DNA of 64,000 nt from assembly GCA_017535865.1 (NCBI GenBank), contig JAFXTM010000059.1, positions 40,336 to 104,335 on the forward strand, read 5' to 3'. The notes under the pieces are model-generated. The model was given only the letters and a program-made list of their open reading frames with translations, was not told the origin of the DNA and made no database searches. The DNA is from Oscillospiraceae bacterium (lineage in GTDB: Bacteria; Bacillota; Clostridia; Oscillospirales; Oscillospiraceae). The position numbers were made by a program, and so were the translations under genes. Below, piece after piece: positions 53,185 through 62,499 of the stretch. The first letter of the stretch is position 1. Each line of letters opens with the position of its first letter.

Positions 53185-54834
53185 ATGAACGAAGATAGAG
53201 AATTCACCTCCCCCTTGGATCGTGTCGACCTATACAGCATGCTCCGGGACGTGCTGCGCAATCTGTGGGCAATCGTGATCGGAGCGCTGGCTGTTGCGCT
53301 GATCGTCAATATGTCGGTCAAGTCGGATTTCCAGAAGACCTATTCAACCAAAACGACTTTTGTTGTGACCTCCCGCACATCGAGCAACTACACCTACAGC
53401 AATCTGAACGCGGCATCCTCAATGGCCACCAGCTTCTCCAACATCCTCAACAGCCGCCTGCTCCAGAAAAAAGTCTGCCAGGATCTGGGCCTTGAGAGCT
53501 TCAACGCAAAGACGAGCGCCAACGTCATCAAGGGCACAAATCTGATGACGCTTCAGGTGACGTCGGATACGCCGCGAAACGCCTATATGATCATTCGCTC
53601 GATCATGAACAACATCGGCGACCTCACGCCTTACGTCTCGTCGGATATGGTGATGGAAGTCCTGCAGGAACCGAGTGTTCCGACGGGCGCGGACGCCTCT
53701 TTTTCGGCCGCCCGTCAGACAAAAAAAGCGTTTATGGGCGTCGCCGCCGCGCTGGTCCTGGTTTTCATGTATCTCTCGTATCAGAAGGAGACCATCAAGA
53801 GCGATAAAGATCTGGAGGACAAGCTGGACGCGCGCTGCCTCGGCGTGGTGTACCATGACAGCCTGTATCCATCCCTGCGTGCGTTCGTGCAGGGAAAGAA
53901 GAACAGGCATCTTGTTACGGATCTGACAGCGAAGTTCGAGTATGTCGAGCGCTTCAAGAAGATCGGCGCAAACGTATCCAGCAACGCGCGCCGCCGGGAG
54001 GCGCGGATCATTGCGGTCACGAGCGTGCGCGAGCATGAGGGCAAGTCCACGGTAGCCGCCAATCTTGCGCTTTCCCTGTCCCAGCAGTCCTATAAGGTCC
54101 TGCTGATCGACGGCGATCTCCGCCGCCCTACGCTTCAGACTCTGTTCCTTCGAAAGAAGGACCGCCTGCCGGCGGCACTGGGAGATCTGCTGGCCGGGAA
54201 AGCAACGATGATGGATGCCCTCTGGTATGACAAACGACGGAACATCTATCTTCTCCTCAATAAAAAGAACTATTCGAACTCCACGGATATTGTCTCTTCT
54301 CCCAGCATGAACCAGCTTTTGACGTCTTCTGCCGAGCATTTCGATTACATCGTGATCGACACGCCGCCCATGTCTCTCATGGCGGACGCCGAGGCCCTGG
54401 TCGACCAGTCGGATCTGAGTGTGCTCGTTGTCAAGTATGACACCGTTCTGGCCCCGGATCTGAACGATGCGATCGACTCGCTCCGCGACTGCCACGCCTT
54501 TTTTGCCGGATGCGTTTTGAATGAAGTACGGGCGCTGCCCGGAGCCCGTCGTGCGGTCGGCGGCTATGGCGGCTATGGGCGTTACCGGTACAGCCGTCGT
54601 TACGGCGAATACAGCACGTACGGGAAATACGGCGGCAGCAGCGCTTCGTCAGGCGAAAGGTCTTCGAGCCGGAGTGGGACCCACACATCAAGCCGAAGCG
54701 GAACGTCCGGTCGTTCACGAACAGGCGCATCTTACGCTCCCAGGAAAAGCAGTACCGTGGGTACGGTGAAAAAAGAATCCGCCAAGGCGGGTAAGAGCGA
54801 GGCTCCCACCGGCTCAGGCGAAGTGAAAAAGTGA
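53185..54834 (+). CDS. Fused Wzz-like modulator / BY-tyrosine kinase (copy 1) with Tyr cluster and Ser/Arg/Gly-rich tail
   Basis: Two TM helices flanking a Wzz-like loop. Kinase core VTSVREHEGKSTVAANLA, LLIDGDLRRP, YIVIDTPP. Y-cluster GGYGGYGRYRYSRRYGEYSTYGKYGG, then about 70 aa of S/R/G-rich tail. Confidence 0.85.
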   Translation: MNEDREFTSPLDRVDLYSMLRDVLRNLWAIVIGALAVALIVNMSVKSDFQKTYSTKTTFVVTSRTSSNYTYSNLNAASSMATSFSNILNSRLLQKKVCQDLGLESFNAKTSANVIKGTNLMTLQVTSDTPRNAYMIIRSIMNNIGDLTPYVSSDMVMEVLQEPSVPTGADASFSAARQTKKAFMGVAAALVLVFMYLSYQKETIKSDKDLEDKLDARCLGVVYHDSLYPSLRAFVQGKKNRHLVTDLTAKFEYVERFKKIGANVSSNARRREARIIAVTSVREHEGKSTVAANLALSLSQQSYKVLLIDGDLRRPTLQTLFLRKKDRLPAALGDLLAGKATMMDALWYDKRRNIYLLLNKKNYSNSTDIVSSPSMNQLLTSSAEHFDYIVIDTPPMSLMADAEALVDQSDLSVLVVKYDTVLAPDLNDAIDSLRDCHAFFAGCVLNEVRALPGARRAVGGYGGYGRYRYSRRYGEYSTYGKYGGSSASSGERSSSRSGTHTSSRSGTSGRSRTGASYAPRKSSTVGTVKKESAKAGKSEAPTGSGEVKK

Positions 54835-54841
54835 GACTGTT

Positions 54842-56272
54842 ATGAACGAAAATCTTTCAAGTCATTCCGAAGAGCTGGAAAAGATCAATATCATCTCGTT
54901 CCTGAACGATCTTCTGCACCGTCTGCGGAGCTTCTGGTGGGTGATTCTTCTGCTCACGGTTGCATTTGGCGCGGCATCCTACTATCGAACCAGCACGCAT
55001 TACAGCCCCTCCTACACGGCGGAAGCGACCGTTTCCGTTGAGATCGTGAACGGTGGCTCTAACGCCAACCGCAACACGGCCGAACAGTTGGGCGTCATCT
55101 TCCCGTATATTCTGACCAGCGGTGCCCTGTCGGATGTTATTGCTGCGGATCTGGGACTGAGCAACGTTCCGGGGTCTATTCAGGTAAGCTGTATCAGCGG
55201 TACAAACCTTTTGACGATTACTGTGACCGGCTCCAACCCCAATAATGTCTATGCGGTGCTCCAGTCCATGCTCAAGAATTATCCGGAAGTCGCACAGTTT
55301 GTCGTTGGGCAGACCATGCTCACCGTTATCGATGACAGCGGCATTCCCGAGGATACGGGACGCACCTCCGTTCTGCGCGGCTCTCTGACCAGAGGCGCGG
55401 TGGTGGGCTTCCTGCTTGGCGCTGTCCTGCTGATGGTCTACACCGTGACGACCCGAACGATCCGTGATGAAGAGGATCTCCGCACGTTCCTCAATGTTCC
55501 CTGCTTGGGCACGCTTCCCTCGTATAAAAAGAAACGCCGGAAAAAGAATGTCAATACCGAGATCAACATTCTCAACGACCGGAATGGCAGCAACAGCGAT
55601 TACATTGAAAGTATGCGCCTGATTCGTACCCGTCTTGAGCGCCAGCTCGGGGACAAGCAGGTGCTGATGGTCACAAGCTCGATCCCTGGGGAAGGAAAAT
55701 CCACGGTCGCGGCTAATCTGGCGATCTCCATGGCCCGAAAAGGAAAGAGCGTTATCCTGATCGACTGCGATCTTCGAAATCCAACGCAGGGGAAAGTTTT
55801 TGGACTCAAAGGAAAGTATCCCGGTCTTGTACCTGTTCTGCAGGGTAAGGCCAAATTGGAAGACGCGCTGTATGAGGTTACCGATCACGGCGAGCCGATC
55901 GGCCTGACGCTTCTTCCGGGGGCCGACCATGAATCCAAGCTTGTCGAAATCCTCGGCAGCGAGGAGATGAGAGAACTGCTGGAGAAGCTCAAAAAGCGTG
56001 TGGACGTGGTCATCCTCGATTCACCGCCTTCCGCCATGCTGGTCGACGCGATGATCATGGTTCAGCACGTGGACGGCGTGGTATATGTGGTCATGAGCGA
56101 CTTTGCAAAGCGCAGCTTTATCTTCCGCGGCATGGATGAGTTGACGTCAAACGGCGTCGAAGTACTCGGCTGCATCCTCAACGGCGGAAAAACCCGTTCA
56201 AAAGGTTACGGGTATTACGGTTCAAAAGGGTACGGATATTATAGTACAGGTACAAAAGCAAAAAGCGAATAA
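54842..56272 (+). CDS. Fused Wzz-like modulator / BY-tyrosine kinase (copy 2)
   Basis: Same architecture as copy 1: VTSSIPGEGKSTVAANLA, ILIDCDLRNP, VVILDSPP; C-terminal Y-cluster KGYGYYGSKGYGYYS. Confidence 0.85.
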   Translation: MNENLSSHSEELEKINIISFLNDLLHRLRSFWWVILLLTVAFGAASYYRTSTHYSPSYTAEATVSVEIVNGGSNANRNTAEQLGVIFPYILTSGALSDVIAADLGLSNVPGSIQVSCISGTNLLTITVTGSNPNNVYAVLQSMLKNYPEVAQFVVGQTMLTVIDDSGIPEDTGRTSVLRGSLTRGAVVGFLLGAVLLMVYTVTTRTIRDEEDLRTFLNVPCLGTLPSYKKKRRKKNVNTEINILNDRNGSNSDYIESMRLIRTRLERQLGDKQVLMVTSSIPGEGKSTVAANLAISMARKGKSVILIDCDLRNPTQGKVFGLKGKYPGLVPVLQGKAKLEDALYEVTDHGEPIGLTLLPGADHESKLVEILGSEEMRELLEKLKKRVDVVILDSPPSAMLVDAMIMVQHVDGVVYVVMSDFAKRSFIFRGMDELTSNGVEVLGCILNGGKTRSKGYGYYGSKGYGYYSTGTKAKSE

Positions 56273-56323
56273 TCAGAAAAAGTGCTGCGGCCTGAACAAA
56301 ATGGAAAGAGAAGGATCAATAGG

Positions 56324-56947
56324 ATGGGGAAGGACTCGGTATATTGCAAATATGTAAAACCGCTTATAGACTGGGTCTTCTCTTTCGTTTTCCTTGTCCT
56401 GTTCTGGTGGGTATATGTTTTGATCGCCATATGCATCAAGCTTGAAGATCCCAAAGGACCCATTCTGTTCAGACAGAAACGTCTCGGCAGGTTCGGTCAG
56501 GTATACTGGATGTACAAATTTCGCTCCATGAAAGTGAACGCGGAGTTTACCGGATCTGGAGTGTATTCGGACGACAAAGATGATCGCATCACCAGAGTCG
56601 GCCGGATCCTGCGCAAGACCAGCTTGGATGAGCTTCCGCAGCTGTTCAATGTTCTGCTCGGACAACTTGCAATCGTTGGGCCTCGCTCGCCGCTCACCTA
56701 TCATCCGTGGCCTCTGGAGCAGTATACGCCTGAACAGTTGAGAATGTTTGATGTACGACCCGGAATAACGGGCTGGGCGCAGGTGCACGGCAGAAAAACG
56801 GTCGAGTGGCACAAGCGCATTGAACTGAACGTCTGGTACACAGAGCATGTGTCGTTCTGGCTGGACATAAAGATCCTTTTTATGACAGTGTTCAAGGTCC
56901 TGTCCAATGCTGACAATGAAAATGTTGGCGCGACTTTGAAAGAATAA
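56324..56947 (+). CDS. Small monotopic phosphoglycosyl transferase (undecaprenyl-phosphate sugar phosphotransferase, EpsL/WcaJ C-terminal-domain type)
   Basis: [13 protein letters not shown]...[15 protein letters not shown]...KFRSM...[22 protein letters not shown] motifs. Confidence 0.9.
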   Translation: MGKDSVYCKYVKPLIDWVFSFVFLVLFWWVYVLIAICIKLEDPKGPILFRQKRLGRFGQVYWMYKFRSMKVNAEFTGSGVYSDDKDDRITRVGRILRKTSLDELPQLFNVLLGQLAIVGPRSPLTYHPWPLEQYTPEQLRMFDVRPGITGWAQVHGRKTVEWHKRIELNVWYTEHVSFWLDIKILFMTVFKVLSNADNENVGATLKE

Positions 56948-56968
56948 GGAAGAGGGACATAGCGGACG

Positions 56969-57787
56969 ATGAGTCTGAAGCTGATGTATATCACAAACAA
57001 CCCGCAAGTGGCAAAGATCGCAGCGGACGCGGGGGTGGACAGGTTGTTTGTGGATATGGAAGTCCTGGGGAAAGCGGAGCGCCAAGGCGGGATGAACACA
57101 GTCCAGTCCCATCATGATCCCGATGATATAGCCGTGCTGCGTGATGCGGTCGGACCCGGTGTTGAGATCATGGCGAGGACCGACCCGATGAATGAGGGTC
57201 TCGCCGATCAGATCGAAGCGTCTATCCGGAATGGAGCCGATGTTATCATGCTGCCCATGTGGAAAACGGCAGATGACCTGCGGTGCCTTGTGGATATGGT
57301 TGCGGGACGAGCCTTGACGATGCCTCTGCTGGAGACTCCGGATGCGGTGGACCATCTGGATGAGGCGCTGACCGTCCCCGGGATCGATCAGCTCCATATC
57401 GGCCTGAATGATCTCCATCTTGGCTATCATCGCAGGTTCATGTTCGAACTGCTTGCGGACGGAACGGTCGAGCGGCTCTGCCGCCGGATCGGCGACGCCG
57501 GGATCCCGTACGGCTTTGGCGGTGTCGGCCGTCCCGGGAGCGGAACGCTGCGTGCGGAGTGCATCCTGGGGGAGCATGTGAGGCTGGGATCCAGCTTCGT
57601 TATCCTGTCGCGCAGTTTTTGCAATACATCCCTTGTTACCGATTATGGCGAGATGGAACAAATCTTCCGCGGAGGGGTAAAAGAAATTCGAAGAGTCGAG
57701 CGGGATTGCGCGGCCTGGAAAGCGGAACAGTTTGAGGAGAACCGGCAGAACGTGATTGAAAGTGTCAAGCAAATCATCGGAGCCTGA
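56969..57787 (+). CDS. HpcH/HpaI aldolase / citrate-lyase-beta-like TIM-barrel protein
   Basis: ...VDRLFVDMEVLGK...ADVIMLPMWKTADDL...LLETPDAVDHLDE...IDQLHIGLNDL resembles the HpcH/HpaI / PEP-utilising fold. The assignment is tentative. Confidence 0.55.
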   Translation: MSLKLMYITNNPQVAKIAADAGVDRLFVDMEVLGKAERQGGMNTVQSHHDPDDIAVLRDAVGPGVEIMARTDPMNEGLADQIEASIRNGADVIMLPMWKTADDLRCLVDMVAGRALTMPLLETPDAVDHLDEALTVPGIDQLHIGLNDLHLGYHRRFMFELLADGTVERLCRRIGDAGIPYGFGGVGRPGSGTLRAECILGEHVRLGSSFVILSRSFCNTSLVTDYGEMEQIFRGGVKEIRRVERDCAAWKAEQFEENRQNVIESVKQIIGA

Positions 57788-57790
57788 GCT

Positions 57791-58684
57791 ATGAAGATTC
57801 TGATAACGGGTGCATTCCCACTCAGCGAAGAGGAACGTAAAGAGCTGGAAGATCTTGGCCACGAAGTCTTTTTTCAGAAGGATGAGCGTGAAAAAACCGA
57901 GCATCCGGAAGACTTCGGAGCCGTCGTCTGCAATGCTCTTTTCCTGTATAATCCGATCGAATCCTTTTCTTCTCTGAAAAAAATACAGCTGACCAGCGCG
58001 GGTCTTGACCGTGTACCTTTGGACTATATCCGGGCACGTGGAATCGAACTCCATAATGCCGCGGGCGTCTACAGTATCCCCATGGCGGAGTTTGCGATCG
58101 GTGGGATCCTTCAGCTTTATAAAGGCAGCCGGGCATTCTCGGATTCCCAGCGCGCCCGTCAATGGGTGAAGCAGCGGGATCTGCGAGAACTATACGGGAA
58201 AACTGTCTGCATCGTCGGGACCGGCGACGTCGGGCGGGAGCTTGCCAAACGTCTGAGTTGCTTCGGCTGTCATGTGATCGGCGTGAATCGAACGGTGCAT
58301 GCGGTGCAGGGCTTTGATGAAGTCCTTCCGCTTGCCGAATTGAAGCTGGCAGCCAAGCGGGCGGATATCCTGATATGCTGCCTCGCGCTGACGGATGAGA
58401 CGCGAGGTTTGATTGACAGGGAAGTATTGGCGGCGCTCCCGGATGGCGCCGTATTCGTCAATGTTTCCCGCGGAGCGCTTGTGGATGAAGCTGCTCTGAT
58501 CGAATGGCTGCGCATCGACCGTGCCCTCGGAGCCGTCCTGGACGTGTTTGAAGCTGAACCGCTCCCGGCGGACAGCCCGCTGTGGGACATGGAAAAAGCG
58601 ATCGTCTCTCCGCATAACAGCTTCGTTGGAGAAAGAAATCACGAGAGACTGTTTTCGATTATGAAGAGTTTTTTTGTTTCTTGA
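57791..58684 (+). CDS. D-isomer-specific 2-hydroxyacid dehydrogenase family, NAD-binding
   Basis: GKTVCIVGTGDVGRELAKRL Rossmann motif, ...VNVSRGALVDE..., ...SPHNS catalytic His region. Confidence 0.8.
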   Translation: MKILITGAFPLSEEERKELEDLGHEVFFQKDEREKTEHPEDFGAVVCNALFLYNPIESFSSLKKIQLTSAGLDRVPLDYIRARGIELHNAAGVYSIPMAEFAIGGILQLYKGSRAFSDSQRARQWVKQRDLRELYGKTVCIVGTGDVGRELAKRLSCFGCHVIGVNRTVHAVQGFDEVLPLAELKLAAKRADILICCLALTDETRGLIDREVLAALPDGAVFVNVSRGALVDEAALIEWLRIDRALGAVLDVFEAEPLPADSPLWDMEKAIVSPHNSFVGERNHERLFSIMKSFFVS

Positions 58685-58699
58685 CAGAGGTAGCTATCC

Positions 58700-59761
58700 A
58701 TGTATCAGTTTGCCGTTTTGCTGCGCGCGCTTGCCTGTATTCTGATAACGAATTCTCATATGGAGAGCGTTTACCCCAATAAGATCTTTGCAAACGGCGG
58801 CCTGCTCGGTGACGTACTTTTTTTCGCCTTGTCCGGTTTCCTCCTTTACGCAAAGGAACAACCGGTTTTTTTCAAATGGTATTATAAAAGACTGAAGAGA
58901 GTATATCTCTCGACCTGGATCGTGGTATTGCTTTTCTGGCACAGCGGCACATATGGCCATGTTTCCCTCAGCCGTTTTGTTCAGCTGTTTATTTGGCCGA
59001 CAAAATACCATTTTGTTTCTTCTATTCTGGTACTATACGTTGTTTATTATTTCCTCGTTCGGTTTGTCAACGCAGGTTTAGAGCATAAAAACAAAAAGCT
59101 TCTCCTTGCAGGCCTGTGTCTGGGCATCGTCTTTTTTACTGCGTTTTACTGTCTGTTTGATTTCAGCTACTATCATATCGACAATGTTTACAGCCCTATG
59201 ATCTGGCCGCTTTACCTTTTTGCCATGATGATCGGGATGTATTTCCGGATGAATGCGGAACGGTTTTTTAATAAAAGCTGTGTTTTCGCGTGGTTCGGAA
59301 TTCTGCTGGCTGGCGCAGCTTATGCGGGAACAAAGCTTCTCTTCTCCAGAGGAAAGCTTCCCGGCACGATACAATGGCTTAATCAGGTAACGCTGTTATT
59401 CCTGCTTTTTTTCATTTTCCGATGCTTTGTCGGCCTGGAAAGCAGGATTCGTCTGATCCCCGGCGTGGTCTTTGAACCGGTTCGCTTCCTTTCAGAGCGG
59501 GCTTTCGAAATCTATTTGGTCCAGATCCCTTTGATTCAGCTCTGCAATATTGGAAAGAAGTCGTTTCCAACGAACCTTATGATCGTGTTAGGGGTCATTT
59601 TTCTATGTGCGTGTGTTGCACGTCTGCTTGTGAAAATCGTATTGCAGGCGGGATCCTGGTTTTCAGTGAGAGTAAAAAAAGCTGAAAAGATTGGGTGGTG
59701 TGCCGCACAGAGAGCTTTGCATCACAGAAACATAAAAAACACGGGGAATAAACGGGAATAA
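58700..59761 (+). CDS. Acyltransferase-3 family membrane O-acyltransferase
   Basis: 10-TM protein with LRALACILI...GDVLFFALSGFLL motifs. Visibly AT-richer DNA. Confidence 0.78.
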   Translation: MYQFAVLLRALACILITNSHMESVYPNKIFANGGLLGDVLFFALSGFLLYAKEQPVFFKWYYKRLKRVYLSTWIVVLLFWHSGTYGHVSLSRFVQLFIWPTKYHFVSSILVLYVVYYFLVRFVNAGLEHKNKKLLLAGLCLGIVFFTAFYCLFDFSYYHIDNVYSPMIWPLYLFAMMIGMYFRMNAERFFNKSCVFAWFGILLAGAAYAGTKLLFSRGKLPGTIQWLNQVTLLFLLFFIFRCFVGLESRIRLIPGVVFEPVRFLSERAFEIYLVQIPLIQLCNIGKKSFPTNLMIVLGVIFLCACVARLLVKIVLQAGSWFSVRVKKAEKIGWCAAQRALHHRNIKNTGNKRE

Positions 59762-59765
59762 CGTT

Positions 59766-60887
59766 ATGAAAGAAATACTTCCGATCTATATCGGCTGCGT
59801 CCTCCTTGCCTATCTTTCACATCGATCGTCGCTCTACGATTACAGGCTTGCGCGATATAAGCATAAAGACAGGTTTTTTTTCTCATTGATTGTTTTTATA
59901 GCTGTGATTTTTGTTGGGCTGCGCACGGATTACAACGACACGGCTGCCTATATAAGATACTATTCAGCGATTGAAACCAGCACAGGATGGTTCTCCAAGA
60001 TCGACTGGTCGGTAAGTGAATATCCTTTGTTTCGCATTCTGAATAATGTATTAAAGATAGCCGGTTTTTCCGCCCAGTCTTTTATACTTATTTATTCTGC
60101 TTTTTCCATCGGCGTGTTTCTTTGGTTTATACGCAAGTATACCGAAGACTTAACACTATCCATATTTCTTTTCTTCACCATGGGCTGCTATATTTTCACA
60201 ATGGCGGCCATAAAGCAGTGTACTGCGACAGCTTGCTGTCTCCTTGGGATTGACAGACTCCTGAGCACGAAACATGCCAAATACATCCGCTTTTTTTTGT
60301 GGATTACGGTAGGTATGCTGTTCCATCCCTTTGCGGCCATGTTTTATCTCTGCCCTTTCCTGACTTTTTCGCCATGGACGCTCCCGTCCTATCTGATGAT
60401 CATCCTGTGTGCCGTGGGCGGCTACTCTCTGCAGACCTGGCTTTCCAGTGCGCTCGACCTTTTGAGTATGGTGGGAATCGAATATGATGACTCCTTGGCA
60501 TTGTCAGAAAGCGTCAATGTGCTTCGCGTTCTTGTTGTGTGGTCGCCGATCCTGCTCTCTCTCCTGACGTCAAAGTTCTGGGTCCGCAGCAAGAATAAAG
60601 TAGACAATCTGCTTCTGAACCTCTCCACGCTCTGTGCGGAGATCATGTTTATTGCACTATTTGGCAACCCGCTTTATTTCGGACGCCTGGCAAACTATTT
60701 CCTGCTCTTTCAGACGATCAGCCTTCCGTTTGTCTTAAGGTACTTTGAAGAGAACAGCCAACTGCTGATAAAAATCATTGTGGTGTTCGGTTATTCCGGT
60801 TATGCATATTACAGAGAAGCACTCCGAACGACGACTTTTGACTCGGCGTTCAGCAGGATTACACTGTGGCAGTACCTGGGATTTTAG
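59766..60887 (+). CDS. EpsG-family polysaccharide polymerase (Wzy-like)
   Basis: 373 aa, about 11 TM helices. The GLRTDYNDTAAY motif near the N-terminus is typical of EpsG. Confidence 0.68.
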   Translation: MKEILPIYIGCVLLAYLSHRSSLYDYRLARYKHKDRFFFSLIVFIAVIFVGLRTDYNDTAAYIRYYSAIETSTGWFSKIDWSVSEYPLFRILNNVLKIAGFSAQSFILIYSAFSIGVFLWFIRKYTEDLTLSIFLFFTMGCYIFTMAAIKQCTATACCLLGIDRLLSTKHAKYIRFFLWITVGMLFHPFAAMFYLCPFLTFSPWTLPSYLMIILCAVGGYSLQTWLSSALDLLSMVGIEYDDSLALSESVNVLRVLVVWSPILLSLLTSKFWVRSKNKVDNLLLNLSTLCAEIMFIALFGNPLYFGRLANYFLLFQTISLPFVLRYFEENSQLLIKIIVVFGYSGYAYYREALRTTTFDSAFSRITLWQYLGF

Positions 60888-61110
60888 CCGTTCCTTTTAT
60901 ATGGTTCGATGGCTGGATCAGCGCAGATCCCTTTCTGAACGAACTATGTCATGACTTGGATAAAGAAGGATTCGTTCGGTGCCATGAGCGCAGATCGCGA
61001 TACATGTCCGGGATTGTCTGAAGGTGCTCCCCGCGGGAGGTTCCATATCCTTGCATCCAGTTCCGCAGACACATTTTTATTCCACAGTATGTTTTGATTG
61101 AGAGGATAAG

Positions 61111-62442
61111 ATGAACAAACATAAGTCATATGAAGATCTATTTGAACGCCTTGTCTCCGGCGAGGAGAAACTGGCCCTGATCGGCTTGGGTTATGTTGGT
61201 ATGCCGATCGCCGTTGAATTCGCGAAGCATGTCAGCGTGATCGGATTCAATCATAACGAGCGCCGGGTCCTCCAGTACAAGAGCGGTATTGATCCGACGC
61301 ACGAGGTCGGAGACGAGGTGATTCGTGCAACGACCGTGGACTTCACTTCGGATGAGACGCGCCTGCGGGAGGCCCGGTTTTTGATCGTTGCGGTCCCGAC
61401 TCCGATCAAGGAGGACAAAACGCCGGATCTTTTCCCAGTCGAGAACGCGTCCCGCATCGTTGGCCGCAATCTGACGCCGGGCTCCGTCGTGGTCTATGAA
61501 TCGACAGTCTACCCCGGCGTGACCGAAGAAGTCTGCATTCCCATTCTGGAAAAAGAGTCCGGACTCAAATGCGGAAAAGACTTCAAGGTGGGATACAGCC
61601 CGGAACGTATCAACCCGGGAGATAAAGTCCATCGCTTGCAAACGATCAAGAAGATCGTCTCCGGTATGGACGAGGAGACCTTGGAGTGTGTGGCCAAAAC
61701 CTATGAGCTGGTCGTGGAAGCCGGTGTTCACAGAGCCTCCAGCATCAAGGTCGCGGAAGCGGCCAAGGTGATCGAGAACAGCCAGCGGGACATCAACATC
61801 GCTTTCATGAATGAGCTGTCCATCATCTTCCACCGCATGGGCATCGATACGAAGGAGGTCCTGGAAGCGGCCGGAACGAAATGGAACTTTCTGAAGTTTT
61901 ATCCCGGCCTGGTCGGCGGGCACTGCATCGGCGTCGACCCCTACTACCTTACCTATAAAGCGGACATGCTGGGCTATCACAGCCAGGTCATCCTCTCGGG
62001 CCGACGGATCAACGACGGTATGGGCAAGTTCGTGGCGGAAAACTGCGTCAAGAACCTGATCGCGGTGGATAAACCGGTCAAAAACGCCGGCGTTGCAATT
62101 CTGGGCTATACATTCAAGGAGAACTGCCCAGATACCAGAAACAGTAAAGTCTTTGATATTGTGAACGAACTGAAGGAGTACGGCATCACTCCGGTTATAA
62201 CGGATCCGGTCGCGGACCGGGAGGAAGCTAAGAGGATTTATGGCGTCGAGTTCAGCAGCCTGGATGAAGTGAAAAACATGGACGCCGTGATCATCGCGGT
62301 CGCTCATGATGAATTCAAAAGACTGACCAAAGAACAGATCGACTGCCTCTACGGCCCGGGGGAAAAAGTACTGCTGGACATCAAGGGCGTCTTGGATCGA
62401 GATGAATATGAGAACGCAGGATACCTTTATTGGAGATTGTAA
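61111..62442 (+). CDS. Nucleotide-sugar 6-dehydrogenase (TviB / WbpO / UDP-N-acetyl-hexosamine dehydrogenase type)
   Basis: LIGLGYVGMPIAVEF Rossmann start, GGHCIGVDPYYL catalytic Cys motif; 443 aa. Confidence 0.85.
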   Translation: MNKHKSYEDLFERLVSGEEKLALIGLGYVGMPIAVEFAKHVSVIGFNHNERRVLQYKSGIDPTHEVGDEVIRATTVDFTSDETRLREARFLIVAVPTPIKEDKTPDLFPVENASRIVGRNLTPGSVVVYESTVYPGVTEEVCIPILEKESGLKCGKDFKVGYSPERINPGDKVHRLQTIKKIVSGMDEETLECVAKTYELVVEAGVHRASSIKVAEAAKVIENSQRDINIAFMNELSIIFHRMGIDTKEVLEAAGTKWNFLKFYPGLVGGHCIGVDPYYLTYKADMLGYHSQVILSGRRINDGMGKFVAENCVKNLIAVDKPVKNAGVAILGYTFKENCPDTRNSKVFDIVNELKEYGITPVITDPVADREEAKRIYGVEFSSLDEVKNMDAVIIAVAHDEFKRLTKEQIDCLYGPGEKVLLDIKGVLDRDEYENAGYLYWRL

Positions 62443-62499
62443 AACCTATTTCGAAACAGCGGTTTGAACGGAGAATCGCGAACAAAGAAAAGAGCCGGA

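Noticed and set aside
60944-61129. 61-aa minus-strand ORF in the gap between the EpsG and TviB-like genes.
   Set aside because: It has no RBS and no recognisable motif, and it overlaps the start and SD of the TviB-like gene. It is treated as spurious.
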